In this document: one piece after another, positions 18,552 to 28,336 of the stretch
Numbering within the stretch: position 1 is the stretch's first letter
How the letters are laid out: every line of letters starts with the position of its first letter
Origin: a bacterium
Lineage (GTDB): Bacteria; SZUA-182; DTGQ01; JAFGSM01
NCBI GenBank assembly: GCA_049472335.1
Contig: JBLIRO010000042.1
Span: 1 to 45,751 of the forward strand
Length of the DNA stretch: 45,751 nucleotides
Direction: 5' to 3'
Notes under the pieces: model-generated
Told to the model about the DNA's origin: nothing
Database searches by the model: none
Seen by the model: only the letters and a program-made list of their open reading frames with translations
Translations under genes and position numbers: made by a program

Positions 18552-19790
18552 TTAGTATTTATTGATTTGCTCAATAATCCCGGAAAGATCACGACTTATG
18601 GTTTTATAATTATATTTTTCGATCTTTTCTCTCCGGGGTTTAATTACCAAGTCGCCATCAAACAAAGCCTTGAATACCTCATATATATAATCCTCATCCT
18701 GAATGTCACACACAAGGTTACCTGTGTCCCTCAGAACATTCGCGCTTGCGCCCCTCTCAGGAGTTATGCCAATCACCTTGTTGTAGCTCCCTATATATTC
18801 TATTAGCTTTGAAGGAAGGAATATGCTTTCTTGAGTGATTGTCAATGGAGCATCTAAGAGTAAAAGGTAATCGGCATTTTTTATCAAATTCAGAGATTTG
18901 ATATAAGGAACCGTGTTATAGATTTTAACGATATCGGCAAGGCCATCTTCAGATATAATATTTTGATATTTCGAATCTATATTTCCAAAAAGACAAAACT
19001 CCATTTTTTCGTGAGCTTTTTTTATTTTCTCCTTCAGTCTTTTTAGTGTCTTTAGAAGAGGCATGGGTGTTCTCGGTCCATAAAAATGTCCGGTATGAAT
19101 AAGTCTTTTTTTCTCATCCCTTTTATGAAATACATCTCCGTTTGAAAGATCATACCATTCAGAAATAAATGAATGTGGAATTATGCCTGTTTTATTAAAG
19201 AAAGAATCCGGATATTTTTTCATGACAAAGGCCTGGGTCTCTTTTGTGGTAAATAATATCCGATCGGCATTGGTAATAACCTGATTCTCTAATTTTAAAT
19301 TATAATTATAAATCCTTTTTGACTTATAATTTTCATAGGGATTATTCAGCCAGGGATCGCTGAAGTATGCAATCCATGGTTTACCTGTTGTTTTTTTTAA
19401 ATAATATCCTACTAAATGACATGAATCCGGTTTTGAGCAACTGAATATTATATCGTAGTCTTTGAGCCTTTTAGCGCTTCGAACAGCCGGAAAATACCAT
19501 TCAGTTTTATAAGGGACATAAAGCTTATAAAGGACCCTGAGTTTTTTGATTATTCTGAAGAAAAGGTTTGTTTCTAAAGACCATACTTTCCTGTTTATTA
19601 TTTCATTCGGTACGATCCGGTTAAGATCGGAGTCCAGTTTAGTTTTTGCTTCAAAGGAGTTGGCATCTATGGAAAGGGCGTAAATCTTATATCCCTGATC
19701 GACGAGACCTTTCATCAATTTTAGATTACGGATGGTAGCAGGGACAAAAATCGGCGGGAAACAGTAAGTTATGAAGAGGATACTTTTCAT
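18552..19790 (-). CDS. Glycosyltransferase (GT-B, GT4-like)
   Basis: ILFITYCFPP start, FSDPW, HTGHFYGPR and LPSKLIEY motifs. Confidence 0.8.
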   Translation of the reverse strand: MKSILFITYCFPPIFVPATIRNLKLMKGLVDQGYKIYALSIDANSFEAKTKLDSDLNRIVPNEIINRKVWSLETNLFFRIIKKLRVLYKLYVPYKTEWYFPAVRSAKRLKDYDIIFSCSKPDSCHLVGYYLKKTTGKPWIAYFSDPWLNNPYENYKSKRIYNYNLKLENQVITNADRILFTTKETQAFVMKKYPDSFFNKTGIIPHSFISEWYDLSNGDVFHKRDEKKRLIHTGHFYGPRTPMPLLKTLKRLKEKIKKAHEKMEFCLFGNIDSKYQNIISEDGLADIVKIYNTVPYIKSLNLIKNADYLLLLDAPLTITQESIFLPSKLIEYIGSYNKVIGITPERGASANVLRDTGNLVCDIQDEDYIYEVFKALFDGDLVIKPRREKIEKYNYKTISRDLSGIIEQINKY

Positions 19791-20938
19791 ATCAATTTGT
19801 TATTCCCGTAATAATCTATTAAGATATCTGCAATCCTTTGAGAAGCCTTTCCATCTCCAAAAGGATTTTTTTTCCCGACCATCTTTTCATAATCTGTCCC
19901 TGAATCCAGAAGTAACTGTACTTCAGAGACAATCCTTTCTCTTTTTGTTCCTACCAATCTGGAGATGCCAGCTTCTATACCCTCGGGTCTTTCCGTTTTT
20001 TCCCGCATAATCAAAACCGGTTTTCCCAAGGTTGGGGCTTCTTCTTGAATCCCTCCTGAATCAGTTAAAATAATATAGGCTGATTTCATAAGATAAACAA
20101 AAGAAAGATAATCCATAGGTTCAGTAAGTAATATACGAGGTGATTCTTTGAGTATAGCGAAAACCTTTGATCTTACATTAGGATTAGGATGGACAGGATA
20201 AATAATCCCCAGATCGGGATTTCTGTCGGCAATATCGAGCATAGCCCGGCACATTTCTTCGAATGGATGTCCAAAACTTTCTCTGCGATGGGCAGTCACC
20301 AAGATTATCTTTGATCGCGAGCGAATAAAATCTCCAATATTAGGGGGTATTACCGGGACATTATTAGGTCTTGCCAAAATGGTTTGTAATGAATCCACAA
20401 CAGTATTACCGGTTACAAAGACCTTTGTTTCGGGTATTCCCTCCCTAAGCAGGTTCTCCTTTGCCCACTCAGTAGGTGCAAAATGAAGATCCGCCAATGA
20501 GCTGAGCAAACGTCTGTTCATTTCTTCAGGAAACGGTGAAAATCTATCTTTAGTGCGAAGCCCCGCTTCAACGTGTCCAACCCGCACTTTATTATAATAA
20601 CAAACCAAGCCGGCAATAAAAACAGTCGTTGTATCTCCCTGCACAAGCACTATATCCGGCTTTTCTTTTTTTATAATCTTATCAAGGCCCTGAAGACAAC
20701 GGGCAGCGACCCGGGTCAGACTCTGGTTTTTTGTCATAATATTAAGATCATAATCCGGTTGAATCGCGAATATGTCAAGGATCTGATCCAATATCTCTCT
20801 GTGTTGAGCCGTAATTACTACACCGGTTTCAAAAATATCAGCCTTTTCCCTTAATATTGAAATAACCGGAGCCAATTTTACAGCTTCCGGTCTGGTTCCC
20901 AAAATCAGCATCACCCTTATTTTTATACCTCTTTTCAT
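19787..20938 (-). CDS. wecB: UDP-N-acetylglucosamine 2-epimerase (non-hydrolysing)
   Basis: GTRPEAVK, QGDTTT, HVEAGLR, PEEMNR, TAHRRE, DSGGIQEEA and NPFGDG motifs. Confidence 0.97.
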   Translation of the reverse strand: MKRGIKIRVMLILGTRPEAVKLAPVISILREKADIFETGVVITAQHREILDQILDIFAIQPDYDLNIMTKNQSLTRVAARCLQGLDKIIKKEKPDIVLVQGDTTTVFIAGLVCYYNKVRVGHVEAGLRTKDRFSPFPEEMNRRLLSSLADLHFAPTEWAKENLLREGIPETKVFVTGNTVVDSLQTILARPNNVPVIPPNIGDFIRSRSKIILVTAHRRESFGHPFEEMCRAMLDIADRNPDLGIIYPVHPNPNVRSKVFAILKESPRILLTEPMDYLSFVYLMKSAYIILTDSGGIQEEAPTLGKPVLIMREKTERPEGIEAGISRLVGTKRERIVSEVQLLLDSGTDYEKMVGKKNPFGDGKASQRIADILIDYYGNNKLI

Positions 20939-21140
20939 TATTAGACCTTCTGATGTTTAATTCCTTGTTTTAATATACCAGGCATCTTCTATATTTCGAA
21001 CAAAATTGATCACCCTAAGTTTGTATCATTTATTTTAAATTCTTCTCAAGATACCACTTGAATTTTGAGAAGTTATAATTCGTTAGTAATAAAAAAGATA
21101 AAGGCAGAGTTTATTGGAATTTGAGTAACATTGCAAATAA

Positions 21141-22295
21141 TCAAAGTATCCCGATTTCTTGTTTCGGATACTCTTCAAGCAATAGGGCATCTATAAAAAA
21201 TTTAGTAGCCCAATTCAAAATACGATATGAACAATATTGTCCGTTTATTGCATATGAACCCTTGATGCCCCCTCTAATACCAGGATTGCTTGAGGTTATG
21301 TCCTGTGTCTTTTTCAAGAAATTGTTTACTTTTTTAAATGCTTCTTGATATTTGGTATTTCCGGTTTTTTTATAAAGTTTGTTCCAAATTATAGACATCT
21401 GTGCCATTCCGGTAAGACATGACCACTTTACAGACGGCCTCCAATTGCAGTCAAATCGTCCCGGCATGTTTCCGTCCTCTAAAATATGTTCTAAAAGTTC
21501 ATCAGAGGTCCGAACCGAAGCCTCGATATATTTTTCCTGGTCCAGAATCATTCCTGATTCTAAAAGTCCTCTCGCTGTATAGGCTATTGTATGAAGAAGC
21601 GGATGTTCGTTATCGTTAAGACAATTATTCTTGAACCATCCCCGGCTAACCTCTCGACTTAATACCCAGTCCAAAAAAAGTCTCATGGGAATTTCATAAT
21701 TATCTTTCTGGATTTTTACGGACAGAGCAAGGATCGCCCATGCGCAACGGGCATTATAAGTATGAATATTGTTGGTTCCGTGATTTCCAAAGGTACTCCA
21801 TGTATGATCCTCATCGAGATTATGGATAAGCCAGTCAGCGGCTTTTATCGCCGCCTCAATGTATTTTGTATTATGGGTATAATCATAAGCACTTAACCAG
21901 CCAAAAATGACCTGACCGGTATTAAAAACAACCGGTTTTTTTTTCTGTAAACCTACAACACTCCCTTGTACAGAACCATCTTCCAATTGCACATCTATCT
22001 CCCAATCTGCCATCTCTATAGCCCTTTTTGCGATCTCCAAATCATTCGAAAGGAAAGACCAGGTAAGCAAAGTGGGTATTATATATCCGGTGGTCTCCGG
22101 ATAAGAGGGCGCCCAACCTCTGCATATATGGTAACTATGGCTTACACCTCCGTCTTCCGTGGCATCTTGAGCAGAACAAATCCATTTAACCGCTTCCTTG
22201 ATGTGCGTTTTATTATCAAGGACCTTTCGTCGGGGTGTTCGCAGCAAATCAGCGATCAAGTAAATTTCTTTAGGTAAACTCAACAGCTTATTCAT
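21141..22295 (-). CDS. Alpha/alpha-toroid protein (six-hairpin glycosidase / prenyltransferase-like repeats), function unknown
   Basis: Helical repeats W..Q..DG, YPETTGYIIPT, FNTGQ, HTIAY and NWATKFFIDA; no signal peptide. Confidence 0.65.
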   Translation of the reverse strand: MNKLLSLPKEIYLIADLLRTPRRKVLDNKTHIKEAVKWICSAQDATEDGGVSHSYHICRGWAPSYPETTGYIIPTLLTWSFLSNDLEIAKRAIEMADWEIDVQLEDGSVQGSVVGLQKKKPVVFNTGQVIFGWLSAYDYTHNTKYIEAAIKAADWLIHNLDEDHTWSTFGNHGTNNIHTYNARCAWAILALSVKIQKDNYEIPMRLFLDWVLSREVSRGWFKNNCLNDNEHPLLHTIAYTARGLLESGMILDQEKYIEASVRTSDELLEHILEDGNMPGRFDCNWRPSVKWSCLTGMAQMSIIWNKLYKKTGNTKYQEAFKKVNNFLKKTQDITSSNPGIRGGIKGSYAINGQYCSYRILNWATKFFIDALLLEEYPKQEIGIL

Positions 22296-22298
22296 ATG

Positions 22299-23273
22299 TC
22301 ACCGCCTTGTGGGGATTCTAAGCCCGGTGCGAATATTGGCATCGGTACCAAATCCCTTTTTGAATTGATAAAGCCCATGTTGAGGATGAGAGGGATTCGA
22401 AGCATCTTCGGGCACCCCCCCGATGTTTATAATTTCATATCTCTTTTCTTTCAATTGTCTGATCAATTCATATTGCAAATAATACGGCGCTGAGATGACA
22501 TATCCCTCCGGCAAGACACCTGAACGTACGGTTATCGCTTTATTATTGAAGAAAAGATAAGCCAGACCGGCCACATATGTTTGATCCTTCCTGGCAAATA
22601 TTATGTTTCCCAATTTCTTTTTATAAATGTGCTCATACAATTCAATAAAATACGTTTCATTTTGTATATTATAAACATTCCCTTTGGTTGAAGCTCTCTC
22701 AGAAGAGCTCTCCTGGAGTCTTTTTAGCATCATTAAACCATCCAGGCTATTATCAGTTACAATCTCAATATCGTTCTCGCATGCCTTTCTTATATTTTTT
22801 CTATGTTTCTTATGAAATGAAGACTTAATGGTGTCCATGTCGTCCTTAAGCCCGATGGTAAACTCGATTAAATGCCCATCAATAAATTTGTTAAGTCTGG
22901 GATTATGAGAAAGATCGGTACCCCAGCGTACTCCTATCTTGAGGAAATCAAAACCCGATTTAACCGCAAAACTCAGCAAACTTTCATAGATGTGGTCCTT
23001 GATGCCCTGACCGGCATCTGAAATGGCCGGGACTGTTGGAAGATATAACGCACCTGAAGACCTGAATAATTTTAAGTACCTTTTTTCCTGCCGTACACCA
23101 ATACATGCCCCAATAATGTCTTTATCATTTCTCAGAACAAGATAACAAATACTTCCCGGATTATTCTCAGCCAGCCAAATCTCCTGGAGATGGAATACAT
23201 TGCCCCCGACAGCTTTTATCAGGCTTCGCCATTCATCACTGTCAAAGGAGTTATATGATTCAACCTGTATCAT
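22299..23273 (-). CDS. FemAB/FemX-like GNAT acyl/aminoacyl transferase
   Basis: RKNIRKA and GLYQFKKGFG motifs. Confidence 0.8.
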   Translation of the reverse strand: MIQVESYNSFDSDEWRSLIKAVGGNVFHLQEIWLAENNPGSICYLVLRNDKDIIGACIGVRQEKRYLKLFRSSGALYLPTVPAISDAGQGIKDHIYESLLSFAVKSGFDFLKIGVRWGTDLSHNPRLNKFIDGHLIEFTIGLKDDMDTIKSSFHKKHRKNIRKACENDIEIVTDNSLDGLMMLKRLQESSSERASTKGNVYNIQNETYFIELYEHIYKKKLGNIIFARKDQTYVAGLAYLFFNNKAITVRSGVLPEGYVISAPYYLQYELIRQLKEKRYEIINIGGVPEDASNPSHPQHGLYQFKKGFGTDANIRTGLRIPTRR

Positions 23274-24487
23274 TGATTCTGAAATTCAGATATTTCCTTC
23301 TCAAGTTCAATAAGATTGGCCTTAAATTCTTTTACCCACAAGGCCCTATATAACGGTTTGGGGAAACGTCCCTTTGAAAATATCTTTTTCTTCACCCTTT
23401 TAAAAATTCCAGGATTTCCATTTTCCATCTTCTTTCTTTCAAACCTTTTCATAGCTATCAAAGTAGCAATCTCAACCGGAGATATATCCAGTGTTCGGCC
23501 TTTATCAAGGAGGCTCCTTATTATGCCTCTAAAAATTGTTTCCGAAGTCTTTTCGATCTCTTTGAGGCAGACCCCGTTGTCAAACATGGAAGAAGCATAA
23601 ACCCCGCCAGAATTACAAACAAAACCGGGGAGACAGGTTGTCTTCTTGGGGTCCAGTTGGTTTAATGCCCCTTGAGTATATGGAGCATTCGCCGCAGGCA
23701 CTATGAAGCAGGCCTTAATCTTTTGGACATTATTTTCATTAATGGACCACGTCCTTGCGCATGGAATAAGTATATCAACTCCCAAGGTTAAAATTGATTC
23801 CTTTTCAATAGCCTCGGCATCCGGAAACTTCAACACAAATTCGTCTCCATACCTTTTCTTAAACTCTAAAATTTCATTCAACTCTAAACCTTCCGAATTA
23901 AAGATCCCTCCTTTTACAGTCGATAAGGCAACAATACGGAAGATATCGGGATCTAACCGCTCGGCCAGGTATCTTCCTACATTTCCAAATCCTTCTATAG
24001 CCAAAGATATAGGATGTCTCAGGTTATAAACCTCTTTACAGGCCATTATGGCATTTTCAAGGGAAATAGCGGTAAAATAAGAGGTGTCCGTGATCTTCCC
24101 GAGAGTAAATCCCGCACCTCTATAGATTGCCCGCAAATCATCCTCCGAACAATTCATGTCCCTACCGGGGAAATATATCCCTGTTTGTATAATAGATCCC
24201 ATTTTGCGTCCAAACTCCATAAGAAAAGAGGCCCTTTCCTTGTCTGAGATTTTATCTGGAATCTGTATTCCACATTTGGCTCCGCCTCTGTTTAGACCTG
24301 CAAAGCTGAACTTTAATGTCATCTCCCTTGCTAAAGCCTTTATCTCGGCGAGGGATACATCTTCCACTATTCTCACCCCACCGGAGCTGGTATTGTTAAT
24401 AATAGAATCAATGACCACATAGCCCATTTCATATCCCGAGTCTTTTTCTACATGGATGACCATATTATCAAATTTGGTTAATGACAT
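23270..24487 (-). CDS. Glu/Leu/Phe/Val dehydrogenase family protein (divergent)
   Basis: GGVR, MTLK, GGAK, GFGNVG (Rossmann), DILIPCA and NSGGV motifs. Confidence 0.85.
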   Translation of the reverse strand: MSLTKFDNMVIHVEKDSGYEMGYVVIDSIINNTSSGGVRIVEDVSLAEIKALAREMTLKFSFAGLNRGGAKCGIQIPDKISDKERASFLMEFGRKMGSIIQTGIYFPGRDMNCSEDDLRAIYRGAGFTLGKITDTSYFTAISLENAIMACKEVYNLRHPISLAIEGFGNVGRYLAERLDPDIFRIVALSTVKGGIFNSEGLELNEILEFKKRYGDEFVLKFPDAEAIEKESILTLGVDILIPCARTWSINENNVQKIKACFIVPAANAPYTQGALNQLDPKKTTCLPGFVCNSGGVYASSMFDNGVCLKEIEKTSETIFRGIIRSLLDKGRTLDISPVEIATLIAMKRFERKKMENGNPGIFKRVKKKIFSKGRFPKPLYRALWVKEFKANLIELEKEISEFQNQ

Positions 24488-24519
24488 TTTTATTCAACCA
24501 ACCTTTCTTAATAATATTA

Positions 24520-26097
24520 CTAAATATCGAAGAAGATTTTGCTCCTCAAAATAGGCAGATAACTCTGGATTTTATTGATTACAAAAGCCCTTTCTTTTGC
24601 ATTTATCGACAAGAAAAAAACCATCATCATATAAATAGGAAGACATCCCAGACCCTGTAAAATTATAGAACTATAAGAATTTGCCGGGAACAAATTATTT
24701 AGCGCAAACATTGCCGTCCCGTAAATTACACTATTCAATATTGGTGTAGCCAAAGATTCTCGAACAAAACTTATAAGGCCGGATTTAAAATAACGGGAAG
24801 TATAGAACAAATAAAAGATCCCCTGAAAAGCGAAAGACAGAAGAGTAGCAAAAGCTACCCCGCTGATACCAAATCTCTGTACAAAAAGCACACTCATTAT
24901 TATATTTAATAAACATACTACACAGGGAACCTTAACAACAACGGCAAGCCTGTTAATCCCATAGAAAAGCCGGTATATCAATGGATTAATTATTGTGAAA
25001 AATAAACTGCCAGTAAGGAAATAAAGAACATAACGACCTTCATAGGCATATTTTTCCCCTATCCATATACGAATGAAAGGTATTCCATAGACAAATACAC
25101 CTGACAATATCGGAAGAATGAGTATGACAATATATCGGGTATAATTGGTATAAATTGAACGTATTGCATTATTATCCTTTTTCCCATCCAGTTCACTGAA
25201 CACAGGAAGAAATACCGTTGTTATAGGCCAGCTAATCTCTGATATGTATCGCAGAAGCCTCTGGGGTATGGAAAAGATGGCCACCCATGTGGTAGAGAGA
25301 AAATAACTTATTATAATAGGATCAGCATTATAGGCAAGCCTGACCATGGTGGCGGAGGCAAAAGTCTTGCCAGCAAAGGTGATCAATTTCTTAAATGATT
25401 CTTTGGTTGCGAGTAATGGATTGAAGGAAAACGGATAGACCTTTTTACAAACAGCGGCAAGGGCGCTCATTTCTAAAACATCAAAAACAAGCTTAATCAG
25501 GATCAAGGCCAGTATACCATGTCCCTTGGAAAGGAAAATATAAATGACAAAATTACTTATAGCATAAGCACTTATATCTATAAAATTCTTCAGATGATAC
25601 ATTTGAAGACCGAAAAGCATTCCCGAAAATACATACCGGATAAGGATAAAGGCGAAATCGATACCCAAAATCAGAATCAGTTTCTGGGCTAATCCTATAT
25701 TTGCCTGATTTGAAACAAAAAAATGGAGGAAATAAGCGCCTATAAGCCAGCAGATACTAGTAGCCAATAGACCAATAACAAAAAATATAATCAAAGTTGT
25801 CATAACGGTTTCATTAACCTTTTTATGATCTTCTACTGCTTGATATTCAGCAACGATCTTAATTACAGCGGTCTGGATACCCAATTCCATTACACCTATA
25901 TGACCAATTATGGCAGTCAGCAATATCCATAGGCCGTAAATCGAATCTCCTAATGTCTTTAGAAGAAAAGGTGTCATTAAAAATGTAATAGCCATGAAAA
26001 CAAAATAACGGACGATATTTGAAAAGGAATTGACTGTAATCTTTCTATGAAGCGATTTTGCATGGGTATTAATTTTATTTTCTTCGCTTTTTTTCAT
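24520..26097 (-). CDS. wzx: Polysaccharide flippase (Wzx, MOP superfamily)
   Basis: About 14 TM segments; LG...YGLW motif; EPS locus context. Confidence 0.9.
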   Translation of the reverse strand: MKKSEENKINTHAKSLHRKITVNSFSNIVRYFVFMAITFLMTPFLLKTLGDSIYGLWILLTAIIGHIGVMELGIQTAVIKIVAEYQAVEDHKKVNETVMTTLIIFFVIGLLATSICWLIGAYFLHFFVSNQANIGLAQKLILILGIDFAFILIRYVFSGMLFGLQMYHLKNFIDISAYAISNFVIYIFLSKGHGILALILIKLVFDVLEMSALAAVCKKVYPFSFNPLLATKESFKKLITFAGKTFASATMVRLAYNADPIIISYFLSTTWVAIFSIPQRLLRYISEISWPITTVFLPVFSELDGKKDNNAIRSIYTNYTRYIVILILPILSGVFVYGIPFIRIWIGEKYAYEGRYVLYFLTGSLFFTIINPLIYRLFYGINRLAVVVKVPCVVCLLNIIMSVLFVQRFGISGVAFATLLSFAFQGIFYLFYTSRYFKSGLISFVRESLATPILNSVIYGTAMFALNNLFPANSYSSIILQGLGCLPIYMMMVFFLSINAKERAFVINKIQSYLPILRSKIFFDI

Positions 26098-26142
26098 CCT
26101 GTTATTTCCTTTTGATTAAAAATATCATCTGATCAGCATTTT

Positions 26143-27138
26143 TTATGATAATAAACCTTCAGCAAGAGAAAAAATATTACGGACAAATCCGTCTGTTGTC
26201 ATTGGGGCGGCAAATTTTTCTGCTGCCCTGCCTATCCGTAAACGAAAATCGTTATCGTTCCATAGTGAAGTTACGGCTTTTCTTAATCCATTAATATCTT
26301 TGTAATTAACAACCAGACCGTTAATCCCGTTTTCCACATATCCATCAGCTACCTTTGAACCTACCACGATCGTGGGTTTCCCCATAGCCATTGAATTTAA
26401 AAATGTCTGCTGTCCGCCTGAATGAAGGAGCCCCTCTTCCATAGGAACTACTGCAATGCGACAAGCAGCCATCTTTTTTCTGAATTCGTTATGAGTCAGA
26501 CCTTGAATGGTGACGTTTGCCGGAATTTCAATCCCCTGAAAAAGTCTTTTATCCCTTGCAGCGATAAAAACCGGAATATCGAGACCTCTTATTGCTTCAA
26601 TCAAGGTTCTATAATCTCTATCCCCGTTACCACCTGAAAACAAAAATCCTTCATCCGCAATTTCAAAGGAGTATCCGGCCAGAGTATTGTGAAAAGGGAT
26701 ATATATAAACTTTTCTTTAGGAAGACCGAATTCATTTGAATAATCTTCAACTTCGTGCCTTGCCCAAACTGCAAATTTATCTATGGATCTTGCTGATAAT
26801 TTTTTAATGATTTTTTTTATAACCCTCACTACACAATTACTGCTTCTGTACCAAAGGCAATCAATCATTAAAGTGGGCCTTTTTTTATAAAAAGTCAAAG
26901 TCTGAAGCAGAGAAAACCACTCCCCTATAGGCCCGCCATCCACAACAATTACATCAAAATCTTCTTGTTTTTTAAGCATCTCAATAGCAATTCGTAAGGC
27001 TGTTAAATGCTTATTTATCTTTCCTTTCTGTTGGCCCGAAAAAAACTCTTTACACTTTTCACTGATGAGCTCTGTATTATCCCCCCAGAATTTTCCGGGT
27101 ATACCGGGTATGGTTGTCAACAATCTGGCAGACTTCAT
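26143..27138 (-). CDS. Glycosyltransferase family 4
   Basis: GNGDRDY and SMAMGKP..NGINGLVV motifs. Confidence 0.8.
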   Translation of the reverse strand: MKSARLLTTIPGIPGKFWGDNTELISEKCKEFFSGQQKGKINKHLTALRIAIEMLKKQEDFDVIVVDGGPIGEWFSLLQTLTFYKKRPTLMIDCLWYRSSNCVVRVIKKIIKKLSARSIDKFAVWARHEVEDYSNEFGLPKEKFIYIPFHNTLAGYSFEIADEGFLFSGGNGDRDYRTLIEAIRGLDIPVFIAARDKRLFQGIEIPANVTIQGLTHNEFRKKMAACRIAVVPMEEGLLHSGGQQTFLNSMAMGKPTIVVGSKVADGYVENGINGLVVNYKDINGLRKAVTSLWNDNDFRLRIGRAAEKFAAPMTTDGFVRNIFSLAEGLLS

Positions 27139-27222
27139 TTCTATTTCAACATCTTGATATAATTGTTCGATTCTTTGTAGTTTTATCTCGGTTTCAAAGG
27201 CGGGAATACGGTTTGATGTTTA

Positions 27223-28326
27223 CTATCTGATCTTATTAAAAATAGACATCATTATTCCTTCTTTTTGAAATTCCATATGTCTAAATTTATCAATAAGATA
27301 AAATTCAAGATCATTAAAGCCTATCTCCAGTTTAGTTAAAAAATAATCAATATATTCTTCATTAATACCCTTAAGCTCTTCTTCATTAATCAAGCCTAAA
27401 GCCTTTGACCGATCCAGTTGACCGGATCTAATTTCAGCACTATATCGCAATGTACTGGGAGTCAAGTCTTTACACCGGAATTTCCTCGAATAATGAACAG
27501 CCGGATCCGCCAGGCAATCAACATGTTCATCTCTGTCGGGCAAGGTTTTCCACCCCATCTCATTGCTTATAACCTGATAAATTTCTTTATAATTCCAATC
27601 AAAAAAATCAGGCAGTTGAATATCTATTGCTCCTAAAATGATCTTACCGTGTGATAACAAATAAATTGCCCGGCATAGTTTTTCTTTAAGGTTTCTGTCA
27701 ATGCAGAATGAACGGATATTCTCATCAAAAGGATATTTCTTTAATACATTTTTAAAGAACGATAAGCGTCCGTCTTGAAATATTTCCGGAACGAGATTTT
27801 CTTCGGTTCGCCTTGAAGTGCCCTTTAGGATTAAACGGATATTAAATTGTCTGGCTGTTAGCAATTGTGCCACATAAATCCCCCTCATGCAGACGGGACA
27901 GAACAAACCCGTATGTTTAAGGAAATGTCTGTATAATTTCATCAACAATTTTTCATTTGGTTTATAAACTATTAAATCCGCGCCAGATACCTCAATTGCT
28001 GACCTTATATTATCCCGGGCAATTTGAGACTGGAAGCCGTTATCAAAGTTGTAACACAACGCTTTTAATCTATACTTTTTGGTTGCCAGATATAATACAT
28101 AAGTACTATCTTTCCCTCCGCTCAGAGGGATTAATACATCATATTCTTTACTTCTTTTTTTGGCTAAGTCTATCAAATGCTCAAATTGTTTTATCCTGTT
28201 TTTTTTCGACTCTTCCCAGCCAGAATAAGTTTTTTCGTAATCCAAGCAGTGGTTACAAATATCTGCATTGTTAAAACTGGTTCTGGGATAACTATCAGGA
28301 GTTAAACACCTTTTACATCTTTTCAT
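27223..28326 (-). CDS. PP-loop N-acetyl sugar amidotransferase (WbuX/WbpG-like)
   Basis: CKRC and CNHC, SGGKDS PP-loop, CPVC, HVDC. Start reassigned to ATG 28326 (SD AGGAGG). Confidence 0.8.
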   Translation of the reverse strand: MKRCKRCLTPDSYPRTSFNNADICNHCLDYEKTYSGWEESKKNRIKQFEHLIDLAKKRSKEYDVLIPLSGGKDSTYVLYLATKKYRLKALCYNFDNGFQSQIARDNIRSAIEVSGADLIVYKPNEKLLMKLYRHFLKHTGLFCPVCMRGIYVAQLLTARQFNIRLILKGTSRRTEENLVPEIFQDGRLSFFKNVLKKYPFDENIRSFCIDRNLKEKLCRAIYLLSHGKIILGAIDIQLPDFFDWNYKEIYQVISNEMGWKTLPDRDEHVDCLADPAVHYSRKFRCKDLTPSTLRYSAEIRSGQLDRSKALGLINEEELKGINEEYIDYFLTKLEIGFNDLEFYLIDKFRHMEFQKEGIMMSIFNKIR

Positions 28327-28336
28327 AATAAGCCTC

